From: Octopus vulgaris
Lineage: Eukaryota
Length of the DNA stretch: 64,000 nt
Reading direction: 5' to 3'
Assembly: GCA_951406725.2 (NCBI GenBank)
Contig: OX597815.1
Location: 146,754,001-146,818,000 of the forward strand
Shown here: positions 1-14,817 of the stretch, in pieces
Position numbering within the stretch: position 1 is the first letter of the stretch
Layout of the letters: the number at the start of each line of letters is the position of its first letter
Program-made: the position numbers and the translations under genes
Notes under the pieces: model-generated
What the model was told of the DNA's origin: nothing
Seen by the model: only the letters and a program-made list of their open reading frames with translations
Databases searched by the model: none

Positions 1-582
1 TCTACATGGAGTTCTAATCTCAACAGAAGCAGTTGTACATCTAATTGTTCACAAGATATTATATATTTATTTACGCGTGTGTATGTGAGTATTTATGTGC
101 GTGTGTGTGTGGGGGGGTATGCAGCTTACTTTTATGTAGCAATTTGATATTTTCATTGTATAATATTAAGCGTAGCTGCGCCGCTATCATATGAAATCAT
201 TGATTATTGTGAAAGTCAAATAAATGTTAATGTTCTAATTAAAGAGTTTGTACTAGATACAAAGATTAGAGGTTATCTACTACTGTATACACATAATTTA
301 ATTATTGAACTTATGCGTCATGAAGTATATTATAGATTAATTGAAAGAAATTTGGTAAATTCTTGTTGCTATCGTTGTTGCAATTCTTTTCCACGATTGA
401 CCAGTGTGAACAGATCTATGGTCAAAGCATTTTGATCTTGGTCAAACTTGTGTTTCTCCAAAATATAATGCTATATGAACCATGTTGTCTACAATATTAA
501 AATGTGATCAATGACATATATAACTGCTATTGCTGCACGTTGAGGAACTACGGAGAAAGAAAGGTAATATTTTAACGCCTTT

Positions 583-801
583 AGTGCGGGGAGCGGGCTG
601 AATCATTAGCAAGCCGGGTAAAATGGTTAGCGGCATTTAGTCTGTCACTAGTTTTTGAGTTCCAATTCCATCGAGGTAAAATTTACCTTTCATCTTTCCG
701 GAATCAAAAGAATATTTAACTGCTGAGAATCGGGATTGATTTCATCGGCTCATCCCCACCCTTAAAATGCTGACCTTGTGCCAAAATTTCAGACCAATAT
801 T
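583..801 (+). mobile_element. Decayed SINE-like element, family A, with diverged target-site duplication
   Basis: Colinear with copies at 9111, 43671 and 59110 (GAGTTCNAATTCC, CCTTTCATC, CTTGTGCC blocks). Flanked by diverged direct repeats AATATTTTAACGCCTTTAGTGCG (566-588) and AATATTGTAACACCTTGGTGCG (796-817). Confidence 0.7.
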
Positions 802-1193
802 GTAACACCTTGGTGCGTTGTAATATATACACATATAAAATGATTTTTGATTTAACTGAGTGAAACGATATGAAGGAAACTTCACTTGTATTAGGCTTGT
901 AATGAGGATCTAAATTTCAAATATGGTTGCATATAGAGTCAATAACACTGATTGATTGTTTAGAATAAAAAATATAATTAATTACTGTGTCGGAAATGCG
1001 GTGGAAAATATTAGTCCTAGCCGGACGTTCTATTTTTATTGTCCATTTCGTATTATCTCGGAAAGATAAAATAATGAAAATATTTTATGGTGTAATCGTG
1101 TCAAATATAAGAATACAGGCATGATACATATATTATCTGTGAAGGAGTGCAAGTGTATATGGGTGGATGTATGTATGTATGTATGTATGTTTT

Positions 1194-1226
<33 letters not shown>

Positions 1227-1280
1227 CTCTATCTATCTATCACTATCTACTTATCTATCAATCTATCTATATGTATATAT

Positions 1281-1695
1281 TTTCTTTTACTTCTTTCAGT
1301 CATTTTATTGCGGTCATGGTGCAGCACCACCATTAGTCGAACAAATCGGCACAAGGACTTATTATTTGTAAACCTACTACTTATTCTATCGATCTCCTTT
1401 CCCGAATCAATAAATTATGCGGACGTAAACACACCAGTATCAGTTGTTATGCGATGGTGAGGGGACAAGCACATACACAAAACATATAGATATAGATAGA
1501 TACATAGATATATATATATATATATATGTATATACGACGGGATTCTTTCGGTTCCCGTCTACCCTATCCACTCACAAGGCTTTGGTCGGGCCGGACGACA
1601 GAAGAAGACACTAACCAAGGTGCGATGAAGTGGACTGAACACGGAACCATGTGGTTGGGAAGCAAGCTTCTTACCACACAGCCACGCATGCGCCT
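1281..1695 (-). mobile_element. tRNA-derived SINE, family B, near full length
   Basis: Minus strand begins AGGCGCATGCGTGGCTGTGTGGTAAGAAGCTTGCTTCCCAACCACATGGTTCCGTGTTCAGTCCA (A-box/B-box-like head). Body is homologous to copies at 17114 and 22580 and contains an internal microsatellite. Confidence 0.85.
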
Positions 1696-1765
1696 ATATA
1701 TATGTGTGTGTGTGTATAAATATATATATATATATGTGTATATGAGTATGTATATGTATGTATGA

Positions 1766-1815
<50 letters not shown>

Positions 1816-3328
1816 TTATATATATGTATATCTATAAGTTTAAACATCTTAATCTATATAATAATGTTGTATTTTGAAAATTAATATCTTGGTGCGTTAA
1901 ATCAGAATTTCAAATCTTTTTAGTTCATAATTTTGTAGTTACTGTAAAACATCAGTATATTAGTACTCTACTTTTGCTTCCGAATATCCAGAGGGTTCGC
2001 CGTCTTTTGTTTTTCCCATCTACGAAACTCTAAGTATCTTGAAGATCTACGTCAACTTATTTTTAACGACTTTTCATTCTGTTAAAGAATAAATCAATCA
2101 ATATGTGTATTATTGAATATTCCACTCTCTGAACCTCACTTGATGATCTATATGAACAGGAAATATTTAATTAATATATTGGGATGCATGATATTTTCAA
2201 TGTAGTGTGTCCGTAGAACAGTATGTGAAATATTATACAATGCTTTTGATGTGATGATACATGAAGATGCTGTAACTTGCCTTAGAATTGGTGAAGAGTT
2301 TGGAGTTCATTAGAATGTAATCCACAAATTTCACCTCGTGATCATAAAACACGCGATTAGTCATTATTGTTTATATTAACATAAATTATCTGACATTTGA
2401 ATTTACTTGGTAGTGGAATCATTCTTCAGGTGAAAAGATAATCCATTGTGTTTAAATATTTCAAAACGAGTTTAACATAGTTCAGGGAGGATTCTAGTTA
2501 CTTTTTAAACTGTAAATTATCATAAATAATCGCACCAAAATATAATCAGGTTTACCTTGTATCTCGAAGCTATCTAGCTTATTTCCTTTGACTTTTGACT
2601 AAACTTTGGTCAACGAATTTACCAGAAAGGGCATTAGAAAACTTATTCATCTATATATTAAACATAGATGCTCCAGGCAAACCAAATCCTTATTCACTTT
2701 AGTTAAGCGAGCAGCTACTTTCAAACACATTGAATTCAATTCCTTGTTGTTTATTATTTTGTAGACCATGATTAGAAAAATTATAACAACACAAACTTAC
2801 TGAGAAACGAAAGTAAGAGGGAGTTTTTCTTGCTCAACACTTCATAACTGTCGTTTAAATCATGAAGCCCACATTAGAAAATACAGATTATGAATCGTTG
2901 CAAGACCCCTCTCAATCATAGACTTCCTCTCTACTGCTGCTCTGGGGATAGACATCAAAAACAACATTGTAAATCTTTGAAATAAAGCTTTGTAAATGTG
3001 TGTAGAACATTTACGGAATTAGGCTGATTTGACTTGTTAAGTGAATAGAAAACAAACTCTAGTTTCGATTCTGTCTGGACATACACCAAGTTATAGGGTG
3101 TGTGTAACAAGCATAGCTCAATACCTCTGCTGTACCAACGTGGAATTTCTAAATTTATTATACAATATTTCTGGAAAACGGTGCATATATTTTAAGTGTG
3201 ACACAATTTTTACTTGAATCTATTTCCTCTTTTCATTTAATACCTTCCTGCAAAGTACAATGCCACTCAATCGTTTACCTTTTCTCCATATATGACACGA
3301 CTTTTGCTTAAATATATTTAATTCATTT

Positions 3329-3430
3329 TGAAACATTGCAAAAAATAATAAACATTGTAAGAAATGAACAAAAAAACCGTTGCAAGAAATGATAAACCTT
3401 CTAAGAAATAATAAACAGTGTAAGAAATAA
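3329..3430. repeat. Degenerate ~19-bp minisatellite (AATAATAAACATTGTAAGA-like, 4-5 units)
   Basis: Recurring AAAC(A/C)NT(G/C)(T/C)AAGAAAT units visible directly. Confidence 0.6.
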
Positions 3431-6400
3431 AATGGAGCTCTATCTCGTAAAACTTGCTCACAATTCTACTGAAGTATCACTACGTTGTAATGTAATAAAG
3501 TAATATTATAAGAAAATAAACATTGGAAGAAATCCATTCGCTACAAAAAGTAAGTAGTATGATAATGAAAAAGCAACTGCCAGGCAATCTCGGAAATTGC
3601 AGGAACTTTACTTTATCCGAAAGATAGAAAAACTTTACCGAAACTGGATTATCAAATACCCTCAAGTCTTTTCTTTTTTTCTATCTTTTCTTATTGCAAA
3701 GATATTTTAATATATGCGTTCTTTCCTACGTGTTAGTTTTACTCGAGATTGATAACTTTTAGAAGCTAAATAACATTCGTTCTTGAATGTATTGTAGGAG
3801 AGAAAATATGAAAGTAGAACATGATACTCCCTTTGAAATATATTTTATTGTTGTTGTTGTTGTTTGCGTTTAGTCTGAACGGATCTATAAGTAAAAAAGT
3901 AAGTTATCACGAAGTCTTTGTACACATAACACAATTTGTGGAATTAGTAAGGAGATATTTGTGGGAGATCTGATCGGCTATTTCTAGCAAATCGATTGAA
4001 TATGTAGAGGCTTCCGCTTCGACCCCTTGATAGATATGTGTCAACAGACGGATATTATAATACACCATATTAATTATCTTTGTTGTAGGTTTAGAATAGA
4101 TTTCTATGCAATATAATTGCATTTACTCCTATGTTTCATATATAACTCTAAATATTCATTATGCCATTATAAACGAATAACAACCAAAATGCTTGTAAAA
4201 TATCGTTGTGAGAATAGCATGAAAGAGATTTCAACGAGTGCTATTTAACTTTATGATCCACACATCTAAAGATTTTTTTGTAGAAATCCAATAAAATGAT
4301 GCTTCGATGAAGTTTCATATTTAAAAGTATATTCTACATTTTATATAACCTGACCATATTTTTCCGCAAGTGCATCACATGGATTTTAAGAAATAAAAAT
4401 ATATCCAATCATATAAAACTTATTTCGTAGATACAATTTTCTGCAAATATTAGTATTAATACTGGTGACGCTAAACTCACAAATATCATGTTATGTGCTA
4501 AAACATACTTGCATGCATTAACAACAAATTCCCTAGCAGTAGAGTTTTACAATTAATAAACAAAATATTTATAGCATCCATCAAACCGGGAAAAAACATG
4601 GGCTATAAAATATCTTTCTCGCATCTTAGTTTACAAATATGGTTTTGTCATTTAATTTTATTTCAAAGCAGCTGTCACTGTTTGTATTTTGAACAAGTGT
4701 TGAATATCCGATAAAATAATGTTATTTATTTGTTATTTCTTTTTTAATCTAAGGCTTTTCACGTGTTAGGTTTGCAATAAACCCTTGAGTTATAATGTTT
4801 TGAATAGGATGTGAAATGTTTAAAAAGAGACTCCAATTTCAGAATCGTGTCATGTTCACGTTCTCACAACTCGATATTTGTTAGAATAGCAGATGAATGA
4901 ATCAGAATACTATCAAACAGAAGCAATTAGTCCCAATATCGATCATCAATTGATTTTAGCTTCATGAACTTAGAAAAAATGCATAGGAGAGAACGATCAG
5001 CAATGCCAGCGGATAAATGAAAACATTATTTATAGTTTTGGTAATGAAAATTGTCAATGTTTAGATATAGAATCATATATGACATGAATAAATGCTATAG
5101 AAGACATAAGTGAATTGTGTCGCAGTACAAAAAAAAAAATGAAATTATATATATAAGTAAAAAGTAAAGTAAGAACAACCAACATACGAGAATTCTATAG
5201 AAGGAAATACGGAAAGCACGGACGCTGGAGGGAAGTTTCTTTTTGAATAATCCAAAATGGATCTCACTCACCATCTCCCTCACTTTGTGCTCCTCTGTAT
5301 ACATATACACACACCCATAAATACACACACACACACACGCTAACACACACACACAGATACAAACACATGTAATTTTAGCAAGATGTGTGCCATATATGAA
5401 AAAGAATATTATTATTATTTTATTCATAGTAACGTAGCGAATATATGTACTGAACTGCTATTTAGCGACAAAGTAGTTAGTGTATTTATGCGTTTGTTTG
5501 TGCCATATGTTTGGCAAATTTCTTACAAATATATGTTGTAAATGAAAGAAACCGTTCTAAGAATGTCGTAGACTATCAAGGTAATTGTCATAATTTCATT
5601 CAATTTTTTAGCACAAAGATTACATAACTATTGGATAATAAAGTTATAAAATATTAAATTTAGTGATGCTATTATTAAGTAAATAAGATTGCTATATCAA
5701 AAGACATTATAGACATTATTACAGTCAGTTTAAGTTCATGCGGCTATGAATTGTGAACATATTGTAGAACAGAGGTAAGGGTTTCAGCTAAGAAAACGCC
5801 AAAACTCCGAATTAAACAAAAATTCTCTGCTACCACCAGGACAATTCCCTTCATTTGACTCCGCAGTGTATTTAATCCCGAATCGCCTTTACAAAGTTTA
5901 TATAGGACAGTATATAGGACGTAACCTAACGATTTTGATTATAAGTCCGCTTGAGCAGGATCGAGTAAAAACTGAAGCGCAAAAAGAACTTTATATGCAG
6001 TTGAGCTATATGCTTGAAATTCTGGCCAACCTAATTCAAATGTCTGACATATTTTAAAAAGTAAAAGAACACAGTCAATGATGCAATTTTAAACAAGCTA
6101 TTCCAGTAAACAAGTTAAAGTGGTTACTGTTTGAAGGTTTTTCTATTCATGCTACTCTAAGCAGGATTTAGACAAACCCATGAACAGAAAGAACAATGAT
6201 TTACTCCGTCGATTAGAAATGCCCAAAACACGAGGATATTTTCGTTCTAAAATGTTTCTTTCCCTAAAATTCGTGATAATGGTATCACCATAGGAGGAAG
6301 AAAAGCGCATTTTCCTCATCTAATTCATGGCATCCTTGATAACTACGAAGAACAAAAATGTTATCCTCAGGAAGAAAATCTAGCACGAATGTTTACGACT

Positions 6401-6967
6401 CATTCAATGCTGTTATGAATTCACTAACAGCCAAGTAGATTCTTAAAGTGGGCGGCAGGTGAAGACCTTTACTTAAAGAGCGGGAAATATTGTCACTCCT
6501 ACAAAACCATGTTTAACTACTTCTCGTCACAAGATTTACATCAACCAGACGATGATTTACATCAACATGTCGTGAGGCGAAATCGAACAGAAAACAAAAT
6601 AGTTGCTAAGTGGACTCATAATGAACACAGCCATAGCTATGTGCATTTTGTGTTGGCGGAGCAAATGGTAAACAGCATTTCCCTTTTGAGGATATTGCGT
6701 GACAAGTCACGAAGGATGGATTGCGTTTCACTAGCATCACATGTAAATGGAAAAGCATGTAAAGTACTTCTAATATGTTTTATGTTCTAGACATAAGCAT
6801 GTATTTATGAATGTAGGGTTTAAAATAGATGGCACCGAGTTTTGTGCCGTTGCGTGGCACATAGGATAAGAACAAGCTCGATTGTCACAAGTTGCAAGGC
6901 CAAAATACGCTTCGAAAAATCTGTGGAAAAGAGTATCTGATACACTGCACCTACACACGTACTTATA

Positions 6968-7240
6968 CGTATGTATGTATGTATGTATGTATGTATGTAT
7001 GTATGTATGTATGTATGTATGTATGTATGTATGTATGTATGTATGTATGCATGTATGTATGCATGTATGAATGTATGTATGTATGTATGCATGTATGTAT
7101 GTACGTATGTATATATGTATATATGTGTGTGTATGTATGTATTATATTTGTATGTATACATGTATTTGTGTATGCATGTTTATGTATATAAGTATATATG
7201 TAAGTATGTACGTATGCATGAATGTATGCATATGAATGTA
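6968..7240. repeat. (TATG)n microsatellite decaying into TA/TG-rich sequence
   Basis: Direct observation; source of the MYVC/YIHT ORFs. Confidence 0.95.
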
Positions 7241-7762
7241 AGTGTCTATCCGAGTATAAATGTGATTATTCTAAAGTCACGCGTATCTGTGTATATGCAT
7301 CAGAGAAATACAGATGTGTATGTGTGTGCAATTCTATTATTTTTCGTTTTCTGCCTCTGATGACTGCATTTCGATTTTCGTACAGCTCAACGTGACTTAT
7401 CTATAATATTAGAACGGATCTGTGAGTTGAGGTTTATTAATGCTGATTGTAAACCGCTAAATTTAGCTTAAATACAATCGAAGCTATTCATGAATATTAC
7501 TGAATCGTTGAATGAGAGATCCTTAATGGATTTTATATATTTGGAATAATGAAGTAGCCTATGTTATATTTTGTGTTTCTAATAGACTAAAACCATATTG
7601 AAATTTCCTATCGGATCAATGAGTAAACCTTACAAATAACAACCAATAGAATATTAAATTAAATTTAATAATCAAATTTGTGCTTGTTATAAATTTTCTC
7701 CTCCTAATGTCCGCCTTTATTGCTATATATATATGTATATGTATATATATATATATGTATAT

Positions 7763-7809
<47 letters not shown>

Positions 7810-7893
7810 AACTTGTTTTAAATCTCCTAGCGAAAGATGTGTGAGTATAAATATATATATATATATATACGCACACACATACATACACACACG

Positions 7894-7962
<69 letters not shown>

Positions 7963-8134
7963 ATGTATGTGTGTGCGTATATATATATATATATACGTAC
8001 ATATAATATCTATCTTCCATCCATTCATCTATCTATCGATCTCTCTATACATACACACAAACACAAACACACAGCTATGGTACAGCAATTACGAAAAGTA
8101 GAACACAAAACCTATGTTTATAATATATGTATAC

Positions 8135-8190
<56 letters not shown>

Positions 8191-8340
8191 TGATATTTAT
8201 CAGAAGCAACACAGTGACTCACGGCTCCTAAAGTCCATGAATGTTAACACACGAAACTCCAGGCTTTGAGTTTCTACTTTGCATGTACATACCTACGTAT
8301 GTATGCATATATGAGGTATGCATGTATACATAATAAATAA

Positions 8341-8440
<100 letters not shown>

Positions 8441-8454
8441 ATATATGATATATG

Positions 8455-8487
<33 letters not shown>

Positions 8488-9110
8488 TATATATGATATG
8501 TCATATATAAATATATACACATGGCTATATATAATTGTTTTCATATATACACGCTAAAATTACAATTTTCTTCTGCTCCAAATATTTATGTACACATTCG
8601 TGTACTTTACCTGCGGGAAAATTGTCCTTTTCACTATATATAAGTGGATGTGTATGACACATATGTTATGCTTCGTTATGAGATATATATTTTTTTCTTC
8701 TGTTACTTCAGTGCTTCTTGCTATTTTCCTGTAATTGTGCAACGTGTCCTGTGATAATCCTTGTTTTTGCTCTAATATATCCCTTGAGAAACTTTCATCA
8801 AGTAGACTATTAGTCTCAAGACGGAACTGCTGTGACACTTTGTCACTTGTTTATATCCCGGCAGTATTGTCCATTATCTTTCTTTAATGAGCCGGAGTGT
8901 AGGGAGCTGTTCTATATGGTAAAATCATCGACGATGTATGTAGACTCTCCCAGCTAGTTTTGCTGTGGTTGTTTACTGTTTGGTAGTTATGTAATACATA
9001 GCTTTTATGCATTGTGATTTTTGTTTTAGCACCGGGTTGTTAATGTGTGATGTCTCCCCTATTGGGTAATTTAACTGTCACACTTCTTTTCTTAATAGTT
9101 TAAATGTGTT

Positions 9111-9327
9111 AAGGCGGCGAGCTGACAGAAACTTTAGCATGCAGGGCAAAATTCTTCGCGGTATTTCGTCCGTCGTTACATTCCGAGTTCAAATTCCACT
9201 GATGTCGACTTTATCTCTCATTCGCTCGTGGTCGATAAATTAAATGCCAGTTGCTTACTTGGGTCGATCTAATAGACTGGCCCCCTTCTAAAAATTTTGG
9301 GTCTTGTGCCTAGAATTGTAAAGAATA
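9111..9327 (+). mobile_element. SINE-like element, family A
   Basis: AAGGCGGCGAGCTGACAGAAAC...GAGTTCAAATTCC...GTCGACTTT...GGTCGATAAATTAA...CTTGTGCCTAGA; reverse complement of the 59110-59507 copies. Confidence 0.85.
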
Positions 9328-10922
9328 CTTTAAAAGTGTTTAAGTAAATCTCCACTAGCCCTGATCGCTGACGTGTGGTCAGTAAATTGAGATGTTATTA
9401 TTATTATCATCATCGTTATTGTTGTTGTTGTTGTTGGTATTATTATTATTATTATTGTTATTATTATTGTTGTTGTTATTGCTGTTATTTTATTGTTATT
9501 ATTATCATTTAAGAATATGAGTAAATTTTTGGAGTACACTAAGAGAAAATGAAAGCAATTTTATTCTAATTTCACATTGAAGTTTTAAAATCATTTCGAA
9601 TTTTCAAGTCATGAAGTTGTTCCAGACTGTTTACGATCCATTTAGAATCGTTTACGTAGACAATAGAAAAAATATGATAATTCAAATGGAGAATCCGGCT
9701 ATTAGTAGTATCATATACATCCCCATCCCCCATTATTTACTGCCCTAGACTAGTTGAGTAGTTCTTGCACTTTGCTGATAATATAAATTATTTCTCTGCA
9801 TATCGACCATAAAATATTCTCTTGCTCTGATGCTGAATTCTTTAACATCTAGTATCCTGTGTTCCACGAACTGTTGGCTTTTAATAACTGACAAATATTA
9901 TCTCCCAGTTAGTTCCAGAAAATGTTCCATCTCATAGTGGCTACCACATCAACAATCCGAAAGACCCACGTTAAATTTAGCAAATTTATCAGAATTTTAT
10001 CCTCCTTACAAAAGATCATGTTGCTAAAGGTCTCATGAGGAAGTGGATGTTATTTAAAAAAAAATCCAACTTTCATTTTTAGTGCACGATCACAGAAATC
10101 TAACAGAATCAGTCTTTTTAGATTCTGTCAAACTTCGTTTCAACAAACAATTACTGCATTCCCTTTTGCACATCTTTCAAAAATAGCTGTAATGTTTGGT
10201 TTTCTTTTATGAGCAATCGCTGTGTTTCTTCGCCGTATTTGATATTTTCGCATAATGCTTTTTTTTTTTTCATATTTTTCATGTTTTTTCTTCATTTGTA
10301 ACAGATGCTGCATAATATCCAATCGATTACTTGAGGAACGTATTTTAACAAATAATCTTCGGTTTTATTAAGTTTAGTAATAATTAATTTCGATGATTCA
10401 TTAAAACAAAACAAGGTCTTGTTTTGTTACCGGTGTACTAGAAACAATAATGTTTATTTAGTTACGATTGAGAATTAAATTCAGGTTCTATTGATTAAGA
10501 AATATCAATTCCTGTTGCTGTTGATGTTTGTTGTTTATCCCAGCTCAGCTCTAATAGAGGTGATTTACCAATACAGGCATTTTAGCTGACACGGTTCTAT
10601 CTATTTTTGAAATTCGACGTATGTCTTAACGGATCCCTCATTTATTAAGCCGACTTGTATGCTTTGTGAATTGAGGTAAGTTAGATTGCTATCACGTCGA
10701 GCTCGATTTAAAGCTAATTAATATCGTAAGTAATATTAGAGATTTAGGCGTGTACTATATCTGGAAATTCCTGTTACAGTGTTTGAATGCATGTGAAATA
10801 GCATACCAGGCAAACCTTACCAATGCACTCATCTTCAGTGCAGATTACGTATATTAACAATGCTATTTACGATCAGGAGTAGAAACAAAAACTGCTGATA
10901 TTTATTTTACTCTCTCTCTCTC

Positions 10923-10990
<68 letters not shown>

Positions 10991-11011
10991 TATATATATA
11001 TAAATATATAA

Positions 11012-11063
<52 letters not shown>

Positions 11064-11066
<3 letters not shown>

Positions 11067-11186
11067 AGTGTAGGAAGAAATGGAGCTGATCGAAGATTTA
11101 ACAAAATTCCTTTGTTGTGATTTTTGCTACCCAGGTATCGGTTATCATTTGAATTATCCGTAATAAGATAATTCATTTATCTACTT

Positions 11187-11227
<41 letters not shown>

Positions 11228-11350
11228 GTGTAGGAAGAAATGGAGCTGATCGAAGATTTAACAAAATTCCTTTGTTGTGATTTTTGCTACCCAGGTATCG
11301 GTTATCATTTGAATTATCCGTAATAAGATAATTCATTTATCTACTTCAAT
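11064..11350. repeat. Two identical 127-bp units (11064-11190, 11224-11350) separated and flanked by (TA)n
   Basis: TTTAGTGTAGGAAGAAATGG...CTACTTCAAT occurs twice with period 160; no differences seen. Confidence 0.95.
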
Positions 11351-11819
11351 ATATATATATTTATATATATATATATATATATATACGTGTATATATAAAT
11401 ATATATGTGTGTGTGTGCGTGTGTGTATGTATGTATTTGTGTATACTATTCAATACATTTTGATGTTACGGAAACACGGAGCGTTTGACGCGTAATGCAG
11501 TCAAATATCTTAACAATGTAATCCTATATAAATGGAAAACATGTCCATGTAATATACATGTGAAAATAGAAATATAAAAATCAATATTTATGTCAGTCTA
11601 GGACCCAAAGATTTAACATACCCTCATGTTATTTACCTTACAGTCTAATAAAGAAGTGCTTTTTCGAGGTGATTTTCTTATTACAAGTGTACTGAGAATA
11701 AATCAGACACTAAATTCTCAAAAATATAGTAATATTCTCGCTAAGTGTTTTGGGTGGCTACATGGGCATTTGCTCGTCCCACATTTCAATCCGTGGAACA
11801 TTCAGGATGCGGTAGCTGG

Positions 11820-12060
11820 AGAAAGACAGAGAGAGAGAGAGAGATTGGGAGAAAGATGGAGAGAAAGAGAAAGAGAGAGATAGAGAGAGAGAGGGAGAAA
11901 GATGGAGAGAGAGAGAGAGAGAAAGAGAGAGAATGTGAAAGATATAGAGGGGAACAAAAAAAGAGAGTGGGGGAGGGGGAGATAGAGATGGAAAGCGGGA
12001 GAGAAATATGGAAGAGAATGTGAGAGAGGGAAGGAGCGTGAGAGAAGGAAAGAAGCGAAT
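11820..12060. repeat. GA-rich polypurine low-complexity tract
   Basis: Degenerate (GA)n; source of the ER-rich ORFs. Confidence 0.9.
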
Positions 12061-12435
12061 GGATTCCTGCGTTAGCATTTCGCTACTCCTTATATTCCAA
12101 TGAGTACAGTTGAGCATCAATAAAGACTGTGCATCGCTAAATGACACAACATCCTAACCAAGTGGAGAAAATCTAGCACGCGGCTCTGTGATCGTAATTC
12201 CTAAGACATAAATTTGAAGCAACATTCTTTATTCGTTGGATTCAACGAACATTGAGGAAAATGCACAATAATATTTTAATAAATTAGTAGGTCATGAAAG
12301 CTTATTTTGCCAATCGATGCGGAGACTCTCTGAGTTGAGTAAGAGCCTGAGGAAGGAAAAACCTTTGATACACATGCATATGTATGTGCATGTATGTGCG
12401 CGCGCGTGTCAGTAGGTATGTGTGCGTTAACAGGC

Positions 12436-12492
<57 letters not shown>

Positions 12493-12599
12493 CATATATA
12501 TACAGCAAACCTAATAAGTTACAGGGACATTCACTGTTAATATCCTAATAAAATAATGAGCGTTGTGTTTTTATATAATTGTGTGTGTATTTTTATATA

Positions 12600-12636
<37 letters not shown>

Positions 12637-12721
12637 TATACATACATATATGCACATACTTACATATTTGTATATACACATGTTAAAATTATAGAGTGAT
12701 AAATCAGGTTTCAGGCATAGC

Positions 12722-12830
12722 TCTTCGTTGCTGATGTTCAAATTCCAGTAAATGAGCCTTGAATCTAGGTTAGAAACCGGCTTTTTGTCTATTGGCAAGA
12801 AATCTTGAAATAAAGCTGAACAATCGTATA
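12722..12830 (+). mobile_element. 3'-terminal fragment of the R4/Dong-type LINE
   Basis: GTTGCTGATGTTCAAATTCCAGTAAATGAGCCTTGAATCTAGGTTAGAAACCGG matches the 3' UTRs at about 34480-34546 and 56935-57030. Confidence 0.8.
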
Positions 12831-14187
12831 CATGCAAAAAGTGTGTGTATGTGTGTATGGGGGGGGGGGGTATACGTACGTCATACGTATGTAGGCGAAG
12901 GTGTATTTAGATGAGAATATTGTTATATTGTCTCCAACAAAGGTATGAAACCGACATTTTTTAGGGCAAGTTTAGTAAATGGCATCGACTTTGGTCCTTA
13001 CGGTAGATTATTTGACCCTATAGCTTCATATCAGATATGAAGGTAAAATTTGACCTTGGTTGTATTTGAATTTAATATGTGTTGGTGTAAAGGCAATCGT
13101 GCAACTTCCACAAATTTCATGTTTGTGCCTCTATAGAACTAGAATTTACTTATTACTCCCATGTCACAGTAGATAAACGCCTGAGTACGCGCACACACCA
13201 TGACATACATATATATATAAATACCCGTTAGGTGCAAATGCGTGTTATAATTTACCTCCGAATATAAAGTGTTTATTCTTGGTTGATTTATATAATTAGT
13301 AGCTGTGATATTAGTAACAACTATTCATTGAGAGGTTTCTTATAATATTACTCAAAATATAGTTTTCCATCGTAACATTTGAAGGATACGTTTGGTAAAG
13401 TTACCTAAACATGTTCTTAAATTGGCTATAGTTAGCTACAGTAAGAATGCATTTCCTAATAAATATCTGTGAAACATTTTCTTTCAGAAATGTGGAGATT
13501 AATTTAGAATATATTAAATATTTGTTCTTTTACGGAGGCAATATAATTTATTCAGTATATTTGGAGCTGCTATATTTGATGTAGCATCGTTTGACCGAAA
13601 GAAAAAAAGACAAAGAAAACTGGTTAGAATATATTAGAGAAAGAAGTTAAAAGTGCATTTATTTATGGAAGCTATAACTTCTGTTGGTGTCGGTTGTGAG
13701 ACGTAACAAGCAGGTTGCAGTGATCCATACAAACATAGTGGCAAAATCACAACAAATGAAGACTCACTCCTCCAAAGCTTCGAATATTTTTATCAATATT
13801 GAACGAATAATTGATTTGAATTTAATATATTTTGGCTTCTAATTATGAGACTTCGATCACACAATTTCAGAAGGATTCATCCAACAATTATTGGGTAAGA
13901 TTGTGAATAGAGTTTTCTGTAGCGTATAGAATTATAAATGAATTTATATTGCTCTGTTAAATGTCTGGGACGCTATATATACTCATTGAACGGCATACAA
14001 TATCGTATCCGTCAATATTGAAAATAAAAACATTGATTACCAAAGAGGCAACAAAAACACCTACCAAAATAATCTGTCTATCCAACTGGTTCTCTATGTC
14101 TAATTTCAGTACGTATGCATAGCTGAGCGTGTGCGTGTGTAGGCGTGTTTGCGTATACAGACAGACAAACATACACACAGACGCATG

Positions 14188-14218
<31 letters not shown>

Positions 14219-14683
14219 CGGGGGTATACAGTCCTGTGTATGTGTGCGTCTGTGTATATATATATATATATATTCGTAACTTTATGTTTGTGAATTACGC
14301 AAAGCGGTCTATTTGGTAGGAATAGTTACACAATTTTTAGGCAGTTTTGTTACTTATCTTTTAATATGTATGTATATATGCATGCATGCATGTATGTATG
14401 TAGGTATGTATGTATGTATGTATGTATGTGTGTGTGTATGTATGTATGTATGTATGTATGTATGGATAGATGGATGGATGGGTGGATATCCAGGCACACA
14501 GAGGTAGAGATACATACTGAGAAAACACCCAGGGTTTCCCTTTTCTGTACCGACTTTCATGCAAATGTGCGTGTATGTGCGCGAGTGAACGTGTATAATT
14601 CTCTACATATAACCACACTCTTACATACAAATAAGTATGCATACATAGATACATACTTGTATATATTTTTGTGTATGTATATA

Positions 14684-14731
<48 letters not shown>

Positions 14732-14771
14732 CATGCATACGTACACATAGAGGCTCATACACACATACATA

Positions 14772-14817
<46 letters not shown>

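Noticed and set aside
8700-9060. Possible ancient LINE coding remnant on the minus strand (also 15340-15720)
   Set aside because: Only a vague resemblance; no diagnostic motif could be read. Needs a tblastn or HMM search.
11064-11350. CRISPR-like repeat/spacer pattern
   Set aside because: Eukaryotic context, only two 127-bp units, and the spacer is (TA)n.
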